From Verrucomicrobiota bacterium (GTDB taxonomy: Bacteria; Verrucomicrobiota; Verrucomicrobiia; Opitutales; Seribacteraceae), in contig JAQBYT010000007.1 of the NCBI GenBank assembly GCA_027622665.1, positions 32,001-96,000 of the forward strand: 64,000 bases of DNA, written 5' to 3'. A program made the translations under genes and the position numbers. Positions 47,074-55,898 of the stretch are shown here, one piece after another (the stretch's first letter is position 1; each line of letters starts with the position of its first letter). The notes under the pieces are model-generated. The model searched no databases and was not told where the DNA came from. It saw only the letters and a program-made list of their open reading frames with translations.

Positions 47074-47678
47074 TCTTTCACCTCCTGCAAGGCGCGTTTG
47101 GCTCTGTTGAAGATCGTGACCAGTAGCAGAATAAGTATGACGCCAAGGGCAATCTCGAGCCAAGGTTCTACCGGTACGCCGCAACCAAGTAAAAGGCAGA
47201 TCAATCCGAAGGCGAGGGCGCGATCGCTTTTCCCCATGGGACCTTCGTAGCGACGACTCGCCCCGATTTGCACGGCCACGACTCCGGTCATTTCACTGAT
47301 TACGGAAAGTAGCACGATGGCGACAATCAGTTCGGGGCGAAAACCAGGCAGAAGGGCCAAGGGCAAATACAAGGCGGAGTCCGATACGACGTCTCCGATT
47401 TCATTGAGCACTGCTCCCAGATCGGACTTCATGTCATGTTCGCGAGCCAGCATGCCGTCGATCGCGTTCAATGCCATACGAACGAACAACATACCCGGAA
47501 TCATGAGCAAGGGCCACTTCTCAGTTGGCCAAATAGTAAGGCAAGCTCCTGCTCCGATGGATAAGACTGCGGCAAAAACAGTTACTTGGTTTGCGGTGAC
47601 GCCAAGATTAACCAAACTTCTCGTAATCGGTCGCAATAGACCTTGAAATTTTGGCTTTAGGTCGTAAATGCTCGGCAT
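47070..47678 (-). CDS. CDP-alcohol phosphatidyltransferase (YnbA-like)
   Basis: Start ATG 47678 MPSIYDLKPKFQ; TANQVT, RMALNAIDGMLAR, LNEIGDVVSD, GPMGKSDRA. Confidence 0.9.
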   Translation of the reverse strand: MPSIYDLKPKFQGLLRPITRSLVNLGVTANQVTVFAAVLSIGAGACLTIWPTEKWPLLMIPGMLFVRMALNAIDGMLAREHDMKSDLGAVLNEIGDVVSDSALYLPLALLPGFRPELIVAIVLLSVISEMTGVVAVQIGASRRYEGPMGKSDRALAFGLICLLLGCGVPVEPWLEIALGVILILLLVTIFNRAKRALQEVKE

Positions 47679-47732
47679 AATTACCATACTTTCTACAGTT
47701 CGTGGCCAGTGCAAGCGATATAATTGAGTCCT

Positions 47733-48398
47733 TTATTCCTCGGATTGGAGATCGTTTCCCTTCGTTTGCTTATGACTGAGTGAGCTTCCGAATAGTTTAT
47801 TTCTGAAAGCTTGGAGGCAGGAGCAAAAAAAGAGTAGTAGGTGAAGGCAGGTGGGCAGAGCGGCGGATACGCCCATGATGATTCCGAAGTAGATGTTCTT
47901 GGCGTTTTCGCGTCCCGTGGGATCCTGGAGGGCTTGGACGGCCCGAGTGGTGTATTTCTCGCCGCGGAGTGTCAGTTCTTCCGGCACGGTCTCGAACAGG
48001 CTTATGAACCAGCCGCCCGAGGTGAAGACGAAGAGCACCCAAAAAGTCGCGATCATTGCGATTACCAAGTCCAGCGAGAGGTGCATTACGTATTCAGCAG
48101 TGCTTTTGGCGGTGAGGGCTCTGCGAATAATCCAGATTGTTACAAAGAAGGACAGGCTGTCGAAAAGGGCCCCGAGGATTCCTACGGGGAACTGGAGTTT
48201 TAGGTAGTGGTTCGCCTCGTGGGTAAGCATGTATTGCGGGAAGGCGGTGAATATTCCCCACCAATAGCAACCCACGTTCAGGAAAACGAAGAAGAGAAAT
48301 AGGAGCGGAAAGAATATTCTTAGCGGACCGCGACGTCGTTCATAGATGTCGAGGATCGTGTGAAGTGAATCTCGCCAAATCGCGACGATGCGGGCCAT
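47733..48398 (-). CDS. Hypothetical membrane protein
   Basis: Four hydrophobic segments; co-oriented with and 13 nt from the upstream gene. Confidence 0.7.
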   Translation of the reverse strand: MARIVAIWRDSLHTILDIYERRRGPLRIFFPLLFLFFVFLNVGCYWWGIFTAFPQYMLTHEANHYLKLQFPVGILGALFDSLSFFVTIWIIRRALTAKSTAEYVMHLSLDLVIAMIATFWVLFVFTSGGWFISLFETVPEELTLRGEKYTTRAVQALQDPTGRENAKNIYFGIIMGVSAALPTCLHLLLFFCSCLQAFRNKLFGSSLSHKQTKGNDLQSEE

Positions 48399-48411
48399 GA
48401 TCGATTCGGAA

Positions 48412-49371
48412 TTATTCGATGACGACGTGACGTTCCTCTTCGACGGAGGTTTCGCAGGCTTCGATGATCTTCATGCAGGTCACGGCATCGTCCAAAGTAG
48501 AAAGTGGCTCTTCGCCAAGCCCGACCACTTTTTCAATGAAATGCTTGCCTGTTGCCCGGATGGTATAGGGGTAGGCGGAATAGGTTTGCGAATGGACTAC
48601 GGCGGGTGTGTTTTCGACCCAGTCTCGGTAGCTGTAGCGAGTGGCTCCCTTGGTGCCGATCACCTTGATCATGAAGGTCCAGGGATCGCTCGCATGGTCG
48701 TCGGCGGCGAAACTGGCGCAAAGGTGGGAGAGGGCCCCGTTCTTCATTTTCAAGGTGGCCATGGCAATGTTTTCCTGAGGAACGGAACCGTCGTTGACAG
48801 TGGCTTTCATGCAGGAAACCTTTTCCGGTTCTCCCACTGCGTAGAGGGTACAGTAGGCATGGTGAGTGAGGATTTGTCGAATTACGCCCGGATATCGCGC
48901 TGCCACCTCTTCGGGATGGTGGATGTTGTAGAGAACGTATACGGCGACCAAGTCGCCCAGTTTTCCACTTTCAATTAGATCCTTGGCCCGCATGACGCTT
49001 GGCTCGTATATGTAGTTGTGTACGGGAGCGATCTTTACGCCCTTGGCGGCGGCGGCTTCCTTCATCTCGAGGATTTCGTCAATGGTGATGGCTGTCGGCT
49101 TTTCCACGAGTACGTGACAACCACGTTCGATAGCCATCAGGGAATATTCGTGATGAGTCTCCATGTTCGTGAGTACGTAGACAACGTCCACGGCTTCCAT
49201 GAGGGATTCGGGAGAGTCGAACACTTGGCAGCCGAACAAGGCGGCCTTCTCGTCTGCTCGCGAACGAGTGCGGTTCCAGATGCCGACCAGTTCGGCTCCG
49301 CGCGTTTCCTTGACCCCCTCGGCGTGCAACAGCGAGATATCTCCCGCACCAATGAATCCTACCTTTGTCAT
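48412..49371 (-). CDS. Gfo/Idh/MocA family oxidoreductase
   Basis: Start moved to ATG 49371 MTKVGFIGAGDIS; HVLVEKP, PVHNY. Confidence 0.88.
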   Translation of the reverse strand: MTKVGFIGAGDISLLHAEGVKETRGAELVGIWNRTRSRADEKAALFGCQVFDSPESLMEAVDVVYVLTNMETHHEYSLMAIERGCHVLVEKPTAITIDEILEMKEAAAAKGVKIAPVHNYIYEPSVMRAKDLIESGKLGDLVAVYVLYNIHHPEEVAARYPGVIRQILTHHAYCTLYAVGEPEKVSCMKATVNDGSVPQENIAMATLKMKNGALSHLCASFAADDHASDPWTFMIKVIGTKGATRYSYRDWVENTPAVVHSQTYSAYPYTIRATGKHFIEKVVGLGEEPLSTLDDAVTCMKIIEACETSVEEERHVVIE

Positions 49372-49479
49372 AATGGAACTTTCATTTTGTAAAACGTTAG
49401 CCATAATGGATTTTCTCGTCAAAGGAAGTAAACTCTTTTGTCTTTCCACTCTTCCTCCATCGCGCATCGTGCAAATGAC

Positions 49480-52041
49480 ATGAGTGACAAGGAACTCAAT
49501 ACTTCGCGTTTCAGGAGAGTTTGCCTACGGCTTCTTCTCGGCATCTTCCTATTGCTGGTATGCGGTTTGTCGATCCTATGGTGGCGTTTGCCGAGATTGC
49601 TCGAGCATTATACTGCGAAAGAGGCTGAAGAGGTGGGTTTTCATGAGCCGACAGTCGTTATCGAGCAAGTCGATGTTTCACCTAAGGGTTCTTCCATAAC
49701 GGGTCTTCGCTTGTCGGATGATAAAACGGACCTGACTTTAGCCAGACTGGCTGTTGCCTACGATTTGGATAAAGTCCTCGATGGAGTGGTCGAAAAACTG
49801 GAATTGTTCGACCTTCGCCTTGTATTGGATATGCAAGCGTGGGTCGAAGAGTTGACCGAACCTTCCTTAACCGATGAAACCATCGAGGAACAAATTCGTT
49901 TGTTTTTGGAGCAGCCCGCCTTCCGGGATCTCCAACTTCATGACGCGAACGTTACCTTGAATTATGGCGATTCTCAAGGTCGTGCTCGGGTCGATGCACG
50001 CCTGTCGGCAGGATCGAGTTCAATCAGCCTAGACATCAATGGTTCTATCGGAGAGGCGCCTATTTCCGTTCTGGCCGGCTTTGTTGCTGACGAGAATGCT
50101 ACTTCGTTGAGTTCTCATTTTGGTTTTGCCGACCTAGTCGCCTTGAAAAAGGCAATGGCTACGTGGTCATTGCCATACGAGCTTGATGGATTTTCGCTTT
50201 TGAGCGGTTTCGCTTTGATCGAAGGCAAGGCAGGCATTCGTGGCGATTCCCTGGTCTCTCCCTCATTCGACGTAAATGCCGGCGACCTTTCTCTTACGGC
50301 ACTGGGGCAAACCCTGCGAATCCCCCACTTGTTTATATCCGCCTCGGAAACCGGTGACGGGAAGTGGAAAATAGATGCAAATGGGACAACCGAGGCAAAC
50401 GCCACGGGCATAGGCGAGAACTGGGCTGTCGAGGCTTTCCTTGATTCCAATGCCTGTGAAGCTACTCTCAGCGTGGATCAATTTCATACATTTGCCCCCT
50501 TGCCGACAATGACCTTGAGCCAACTGCGTCTGCCCCCATGGCGAATTTTATATGCCGATCCTACTCGACTTCCTCTCGGCGAAAGTAAAACCCTTCGGTT
50601 TGACGACTTCTCTTTCACCGAGGGAGACTTTGTCTTCAATCTCTACGAGGGGGAGCTTACCGTTGCTTTTCCCGAGAGTGGGGAAGCCTTTGGCGTGCAA
50701 CTCGCTCCTACTGATGCAGTCCTTCCTCTGCAAGGCGTCGTTTTTCGTAACTTTTCCTACACGGGAGTGGTCGAACCTTTCCGCGAACCCTACCTGTCTT
50801 TTCCGCAAAGAATTAAGGGTGACAGCATCATTCTTGGAGAGGAATCGCTCGTCTCCAACGTTGCGTTGTCGTTTCACCTCCTTGACCTGAGCAAGGGGTT
50901 CGTTGATTCGTTGGCTTTCACTTTCGACGGTTCCGTCTACGAACTGAATCCTGCCAAGCTCACCATTGAGCAATTCGAGAATGGAAGCGTGTCCATCGAC
51001 CTTAATGCTACCACCTTCCATATTCCCGACCTTCCCGTAAAAGTGGAAGGTGTTAGGGGCGAAATCACCCTCTCAGCCATTGATCCCCTTTCGACTTCAG
51101 GTTTTCAAGAATTGTGTTTCGACGCCGTTCACTACGGGGATAGCGAGGAAGCTCTCGTTTCCGATGTTGCGTTGTCGTTTCACCTCCTTGACCTAAGCAA
51201 GGCTATGGTTGATTCGTTGGCTTTCACTTTCGACGATTCCTCCTACGAACTGAATCCTGCCAAGATCACCATTGAGCAATTCGAGAATAGGAGCGTGTCC
51301 ATCGACATTAACGCTTCCACCTTCAATGTACCCGATCTCTCCGTAAAAGCGGAAGGTATTAGGAGCACAATTACTCTCTCTTCCCTTGATCCAGTTGTTA
51401 CTGCGGGTTCTCAAGAATTGCGTTTCGACGCTATTCGCTATGGAGACCTTTCCCTCCTCGACGTTCGCCTCCTGTTTTCTCTCGAAGCCAATGGAACCTT
51501 CGCACTCCATGACGGGAATGCCAGCTTATTTGGCGGCGAAGTCGTTTTCGAACCGACTCGCTTTAAGTTGGAGGACAAAGAAAAGAAATTGGCCATTCGC
51601 TTGCGTGACGTCGACGGCAGTCGAGTTGTCGCTCTCCTCAAGAAGTTCGACGGTGAAATCGAAGGAAAATTCTCAGGGCTGATCCCTCTGAGCAATCGAG
51701 ACGGAGCATGGGATTACGTCGGAGGTTATCTCGAACTTAATCCGGGGACTCCCGGCCGTCTTCGCTACCGTTCGGATGGCATTCTTACTTCCGACATGAA
51801 ACCGGGGTCAGCCGAATTCAAACGATTGCGGCAAGTTGAGGTGGCGCTTAAGGACTTGGACGTGAAATATCTTCGGCTTGATTTTCTGCTTGAAGATGAG
51901 CAGAGGCGAATCTTGGGCGACGTTCAAGGCAAATCTCAGATCGATAAAAAAACGACTATAAACCTTGATTACCGTCCCAAGATTCTTGCCGGATTCGATG
52001 AACTTCTTCAATTGGACTCCAAGGCTTTCGGGCTGGATTGA
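49480..52041 (+). CDS. YdbH-like intermembrane lipid transport (AsmA-like) protein
   Basis: N-terminal TM, long beta-rich periplasmic region, C-terminal LFGG...IEGKFSGLIPL...GRLRY...ALKDL...INLDY; followed by YnbE- and YdbL-like genes. Confidence 0.72.
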   Translation: MSDKELNTSRFRRVCLRLLLGIFLLLVCGLSILWWRLPRLLEHYTAKEAEEVGFHEPTVVIEQVDVSPKGSSITGLRLSDDKTDLTLARLAVAYDLDKVLDGVVEKLELFDLRLVLDMQAWVEELTEPSLTDETIEEQIRLFLEQPAFRDLQLHDANVTLNYGDSQGRARVDARLSAGSSSISLDINGSIGEAPISVLAGFVADENATSLSSHFGFADLVALKKAMATWSLPYELDGFSLLSGFALIEGKAGIRGDSLVSPSFDVNAGDLSLTALGQTLRIPHLFISASETGDGKWKIDANGTTEANATGIGENWAVEAFLDSNACEATLSVDQFHTFAPLPTMTLSQLRLPPWRILYADPTRLPLGESKTLRFDDFSFTEGDFVFNLYEGELTVAFPESGEAFGVQLAPTDAVLPLQGVVFRNFSYTGVVEPFREPYLSFPQRIKGDSIILGEESLVSNVALSFHLLDLSKGFVDSLAFTFDGSVYELNPAKLTIEQFENGSVSIDLNATTFHIPDLPVKVEGVRGEITLSAIDPLSTSGFQELCFDAVHYGDSEEALVSDVALSFHLLDLSKAMVDSLAFTFDDSSYELNPAKITIEQFENRSVSIDINASTFNVPDLSVKAEGIRSTITLSSLDPVVTAGSQELRFDAIRYGDLSLLDVRLLFSLEANGTFALHDGNASLFGGEVVFEPTRFKLEDKEKKLAIRLRDVDGSRVVALLKKFDGEIEGKFSGLIPLSNRDGAWDYVGGYLELNPGTPGRLRYRSDGILTSDMKPGSAEFKRLRQVEVALKDLDVKYLRLDFLLEDEQRRILGDVQGKSQIDKKTTINLDYRPKILAGFDELLQLDSKAFGLD
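50839..51447 (+). repeat. Tandem in-frame 306-bp (102-aa) duplication inside the YdbH-like gene
   Basis: Copies start at 50839 and 51145 and share long identical stretches such as gttgcgttgtcgtttcacctccttgacct and gttgattcgttggctttcactttcgacg. Confidence 0.95.
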
Positions 52042-52107
52042 ACAACATTCTGTTTTTTTCCAAAATCCAGTTGCGCGGAAGCCTCTTCCACGAGTAAGTT
52101 TTATTCC

Positions 52108-52311
52108 ATGCTATCAACTACGCGATTGTCTTTCATTTTTGCTGTCCTCGCATTCGTGGGTTGCACGACCATTAAGACTGAACACCACATTACCCTCGAC
52201 CACAACATCACCATCAAGATCGAAAAGGAAGTGAACAGTTTCTTGGACGACCTTTATGGGGATTTAGATACTGAGGAAAACAATGCCGAAAACGGCAAAA
52301 AACCGGAGTGA
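52108..52311 (+). CDS. YnbE-like small lipoprotein
   Basis: Lipobox FVGC; ITLDHNITIKIEKEVNSFLDDL; position between ydbH-like and ydbL-like genes. Confidence 0.75.
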   Translation: MLSTTRLSFIFAVLAFVGCTTIKTEHHITLDHNITIKIEKEVNSFLDDLYGDLDTEENNAENGKKPE

Positions 52312-52315
52312 GACC

Positions 52316-52687
52316 ATGAGACAAGTCCTAGAATTAATTTATTTTGCTGCATGCCTGCTAATGTTTGCCGGAACTAGTTTCGGCAAATCCGATCTCAAGG
52401 ATCGCATGAAGGAACGATTGCCGGAAGTCCTCGCGGCAAAGAAAGCCGGTACGGTGGGAGAGGGGAGTGATGGTCGAGTTCATGTCCGTCCATCCGCCGG
52501 TGACGTTGAGGTCAAACTAGCCAAGGCCGAGAATGCCGATCGATCCACTTACTTTATTGAAACGGCGAAGGCAGACAAGGAGATCTCTCCCTCGGACATA
52601 GCCAAACTGTTCGCTAAGGGAATGTGGGCCAAAGGTAGTAAAGGCCATTGGTATCGCAGTTCGAAAGGCAGTTGGTCGCAGAAGTGA
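52316..52687 (+). CDS. YdbL-like (DUF1318) protein
   Basis: Start ATG 52316; signal peptide; KKAGTVGEGSDG, AENADR, GHWY...GSWSQK. Confidence 0.8.
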   Translation: MRQVLELIYFAACLLMFAGTSFGKSDLKDRMKERLPEVLAAKKAGTVGEGSDGRVHVRPSAGDVEVKLAKAENADRSTYFIETAKADKEISPSDIAKLFAKGMWAKGSKGHWYRSSKGSWSQK

Positions 52688-53223
52688 CCACGAGAGCGGT
52701 AAATCGAAAAGTTGCAATATCATCGGCTTTTTTTCTTCTGTTAGGGTTCGGTTGCCGCAATTCTCCTTATGAGCAGTTTGCCTTTGGCGAGCCCGTCGTC
52801 TTGAGAGAAGACGCCCCTTTAGTTCGTGAAAACCTAACTGACACTCAATCCATTCTTAACGATTCTCGCCGCGAGGTGGATATGGCCCGTTTGCGGGTGG
52901 AATGGCTTTCCGCAGAAAAAAACTTGGCCGATGCCCAACTGGTCGCAGCCGAGACTCGAGAGCGGCAAGACGGTTTAGCCGTTAAATATGCTCGATTCCT
53001 TGAACTGGATGCCCGTGTTCCGGGCGACAAAGGGCCTGTAGCTCCCGAAGTCATGTCGGTGTGGGAGAACAAGCTTCGTCAATATGCGGCCCAAACGGCT
53101 CGTAGCGAGGCAAAGGTGCGTTTGTCCTTGCGTCGAGTCAAACCTCTGCGCCAAAAAGCTATGGTTGCAGGACTTCTTGCGGATAGGCCGCAAACCGTTC
53201 CGCTAGAAGAAAACGAACCTTAG
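52684..53223 (+). CDS. Hypothetical lipoprotein
   Basis: GTG 52684 overlapping the upstream stop; lipobox LLGFGC; coiled-coil body. Confidence 0.65.
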   Translation: MTTRAVNRKVAISSAFFLLLGFGCRNSPYEQFAFGEPVVLREDAPLVRENLTDTQSILNDSRREVDMARLRVEWLSAEKNLADAQLVAAETRERQDGLAVKYARFLELDARVPGDKGPVAPEVMSVWENKLRQYAAQTARSEAKVRLSLRRVKPLRQKAMVAGLLADRPQTVPLEENEP

Positions 53224-53258
53224 GACTTTTCTTCGGGAGTGCTGGCGGGAGTTGTACA

Positions 53259-53546
53259 ATGGACGAGGTGTGGGAAATCATTAATCACATAGGGCAGGAA
53301 CCACTCCTGCTCTGGTCTGCTGCAGTGTTGTCTGTCTTTCTTCTCGTGGGTATTTTGAAGCGAGTGCTTTCCATTATTGTTTCTTGTGCGATTTTGATCA
53401 TTCTATACCTCGTGTACCTTACTTATTTTGAGGAAGAGTTCCCCCTGCCCGAGGCAGACGTTGGCGAATGGATAAAGATCGGTGAGAATTGGCTCGACTC
53501 CAAACCCGAGCGGGTTCTCGACGACAACGAGACCACTTCCGAGTGA
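53259..53546 (+). CDS. Hypothetical small membrane protein
   Basis: Two TM segments and an acidic C-terminus. Confidence 0.65.
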   Translation: MDEVWEIINHIGQEPLLLWSAAVLSVFLLVGILKRVLSIIVSCAILIILYLVYLTYFEEEFPLPEADVGEWIKIGENWLDSKPERVLDDNETTSE

Positions 53547-53583
53547 ACAACTGCCGGACCAATAGCTCATCTTTACAGGCCAA

Positions 53584-55200
53584 ATGAAGTTACCTTGGGC
53601 TTTTTATCTTTCTTGGAAGCATCTGTTTCCTACGGGACGAGGTGTTTCTTTCTTTTCGGTTCTTTCCGTTTTTGGAGTGGCCTTGGGGGTAAACGTCATG
53701 ATCGTCGTTGTCGCCTTCATGAATGGGTTTCAGGATAAGTTCCGCACCGACATAATCGATTCCCAAGGACATGCCCGGGCGGAAATGTCATACGGTTCCT
53801 CCGGCGACTGGAAAGACGACATGGCGAAACTGGAGTCTCAACCTAAGGTGCAAGCCGTAGCCCCTTATCTAAATGGACACTTGCTCTTGGAGCATTTTGG
53901 CAATCGCGCCGTCCCCCTTGCCATGGGTGTGGATCCGATTCGAGGAGATGCGGTGATACCCGTTTCAGAATTTCTAGCAGAGGGTTCTCCCAAGATGCTG
54001 GCCGAGGAAGCTTTCCAAATCACCCCTCTTCCTGTTGTCGACGACCTCCAAGACGACGTCGTATTCCTGAGCCGACAGGCTGCGCATAAATTGGGAGCCC
54101 ATCCCGCCGCAGCCATTTTGACTGTCGATCACAATTCCAGTTCGATCAGGGCGGGCAACGGAACAATCGTTCTTCGTAAGCTTGACCCTTTTGTTGAATC
54201 GGGAACTTGGCAAGTGCGTTTTGAAGACAATGCAAGTTATCGCATTACTGATCCCTATGATGAGGAATGGGAAGATCTTTTTTTAGTGACGGAGAAAAAC
54301 GAGAATCTTGGGGAAGGGATTCCCGTATTCGAGATCACGCCCGGTTCGACTCCCTTTGCCAAGGGCGACCTGTTCACCTTTGAGATATTCGGGGCCTCCG
54401 TCATCGACGTATACTCTCCCGCCATGTTGCAGAAAGCAAAGAACGATGAATTGTTGCCTCCGCGTCAAGTGAGAGTCGGCGGCATTTTCGAGGTCCCGTG
54501 GCAAGGCTTTCACTTGGATGCCCTGTTCGGTACACTTCGGTTCATGCAGGAAATGAACGACCAAGCGGGCGTTGTTCACGGGTTCAATCTCAAGTTTGTC
54601 CCCGAGGTTGCATCCGACACGCAAGCGTTGGCCGATGCCTGCATGAACATCCGCTCCTCCTTGGGCGAGAATTGGAGTGTGGTTCCATGGTTCGTGGAGA
54701 ATGCCTGGTTTTTTGATCTTCTAAAATTCGAGGAGTACCTCATGGTGCTGATCATGGTTCCCATTGGTTTGGTCGCAGCCTTCGCGATAGCTATAGCTCT
54801 TATGACTTCCGTTGTCCGCAAGACCCGTGAAATCGGTTTGCTCGTGGCCATGGGTGGTTCTCGTCTTTCGGTCGGAACGGTCTTTACCATGCAGGGATTC
54901 GTCATCGGACTGTTGGGGACTGTCGTCGGTTGGGGGATGGCCCTGCTCTTCATTTGCTACAGGGATACTCTCATGAGCTTCATCGTGCGCAACATTGCCG
55001 GTGAGGAAGGCGGTGCAGGGGTGGCTCAGTTCTATGACTTCTACAGCTTGAACGTTCCCTATCCGTGGGATTCCGCCGATAGTTTGCAGAACTTCCTTAT
55101 ATTTGGAGCCTTTGCGGTGGGGGTCTCCACCTTGGCTGGGTTTTTACCTGCTTGGAAAGCGGCTCGCCTCAACCCTTCGGAGGCTTTGCGAAGTGAGTGA
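53584..55200 (+). CDS. LolC/E family lipoprotein-releasing ABC permease with periplasmic insertion
   Basis: SVFGVALGV...FMNGF, VRKTREIGLLVAMG, PAWKAARLNPSEALRSE; 538 aa is longer than the usual ~400 aa. Confidence 0.88.
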   Translation: MKLPWAFYLSWKHLFPTGRGVSFFSVLSVFGVALGVNVMIVVVAFMNGFQDKFRTDIIDSQGHARAEMSYGSSGDWKDDMAKLESQPKVQAVAPYLNGHLLLEHFGNRAVPLAMGVDPIRGDAVIPVSEFLAEGSPKMLAEEAFQITPLPVVDDLQDDVVFLSRQAAHKLGAHPAAAILTVDHNSSSIRAGNGTIVLRKLDPFVESGTWQVRFEDNASYRITDPYDEEWEDLFLVTEKNENLGEGIPVFEITPGSTPFAKGDLFTFEIFGASVIDVYSPAMLQKAKNDELLPPRQVRVGGIFEVPWQGFHLDALFGTLRFMQEMNDQAGVVHGFNLKFVPEVASDTQALADACMNIRSSLGENWSVVPWFVENAWFFDLLKFEEYLMVLIMVPIGLVAAFAIAIALMTSVVRKTREIGLLVAMGGSRLSVGTVFTMQGFVIGLLGTVVGWGMALLFICYRDTLMSFIVRNIAGEEGGAGVAQFYDFYSLNVPYPWDSADSLQNFLIFGAFAVGVSTLAGFLPAWKAARLNPSEALRSE

Positions 55201-55891
55201 GGATAAGGAACGGTTCGTTTTGGAAGCGAAAGGTTTGGCCAAGACCTTTCCTTACGGAGAAGAGCGTATAAAGGTCTTGGTCGATGCCGACTTGAGTGTC
55301 GTTGTAGGTCGTTCCATCAGTATCCGAGGTGAGTCGGGTTGCGGAAAAACTACGCTTCTCAACCTGTTGGCGAGATTAGACTTTGCGGATACGGGGGAAC
55401 TTTATTGGAACGGCGAATTCCATGATCCGAAGTTGCCGCCGGGACCACGAGATGCCGCACGGCGAGCCTGCCTTATCGGTGTCGTGTATCAAGCCTATTA
55501 CCTCATTCCCGAGATGAACGTTTTGGAAAACGTATTGTTGGCCGCCCGACTAGCCGGATCAATGGGCAAGGATGCCAAGCAACGAGCTCGCGAACTTTTG
55601 GATCGCGTGGGGGTAAGCAACCGTGAACGACAATTACCTCAGAAACTCTCAGGCGGCGAACGTCAGCGTGTGGCCATCGCCCGTGCCTTGCTCAATCGCC
55701 CCAAGGTGATTATGGCCGACGAACCCACGGGCAACTTGGACGAGCGTTCCGCCGGCGACGTCATGGAACTTCTCTTGGAAGCGTGTCGTGAAGAGGAGGC
55801 TGGTCTTGTTCTCGTCACCCATAACCCGTCCTTCGCTAAGGCAACCGACGAGGCTTTTAACCTAGTAAAGGGCGAGCTGAGTCCCGCATGA
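55193..55891 (+). CDS. lolD: LolD-like ABC ATP-binding protein
   Basis: GTG 55193; GESGCGKTT, LSGGERQRVAIARAL, ADEPTGNLD, VTHN; follows lolC/E. Confidence 0.82.
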   Translation: MSEDKERFVLEAKGLAKTFPYGEERIKVLVDADLSVVVGRSISIRGESGCGKTTLLNLLARLDFADTGELYWNGEFHDPKLPPGPRDAARRACLIGVVYQAYYLIPEMNVLENVLLAARLAGSMGKDAKQRARELLDRVGVSNRERQLPQKLSGGERQRVAIARALLNRPKVIMADEPTGNLDERSAGDVMELLLEACREEEAGLVLVTHNPSFAKATDEAFNLVKGELSPA

Positions 55892-55898
55892 AAATTCA

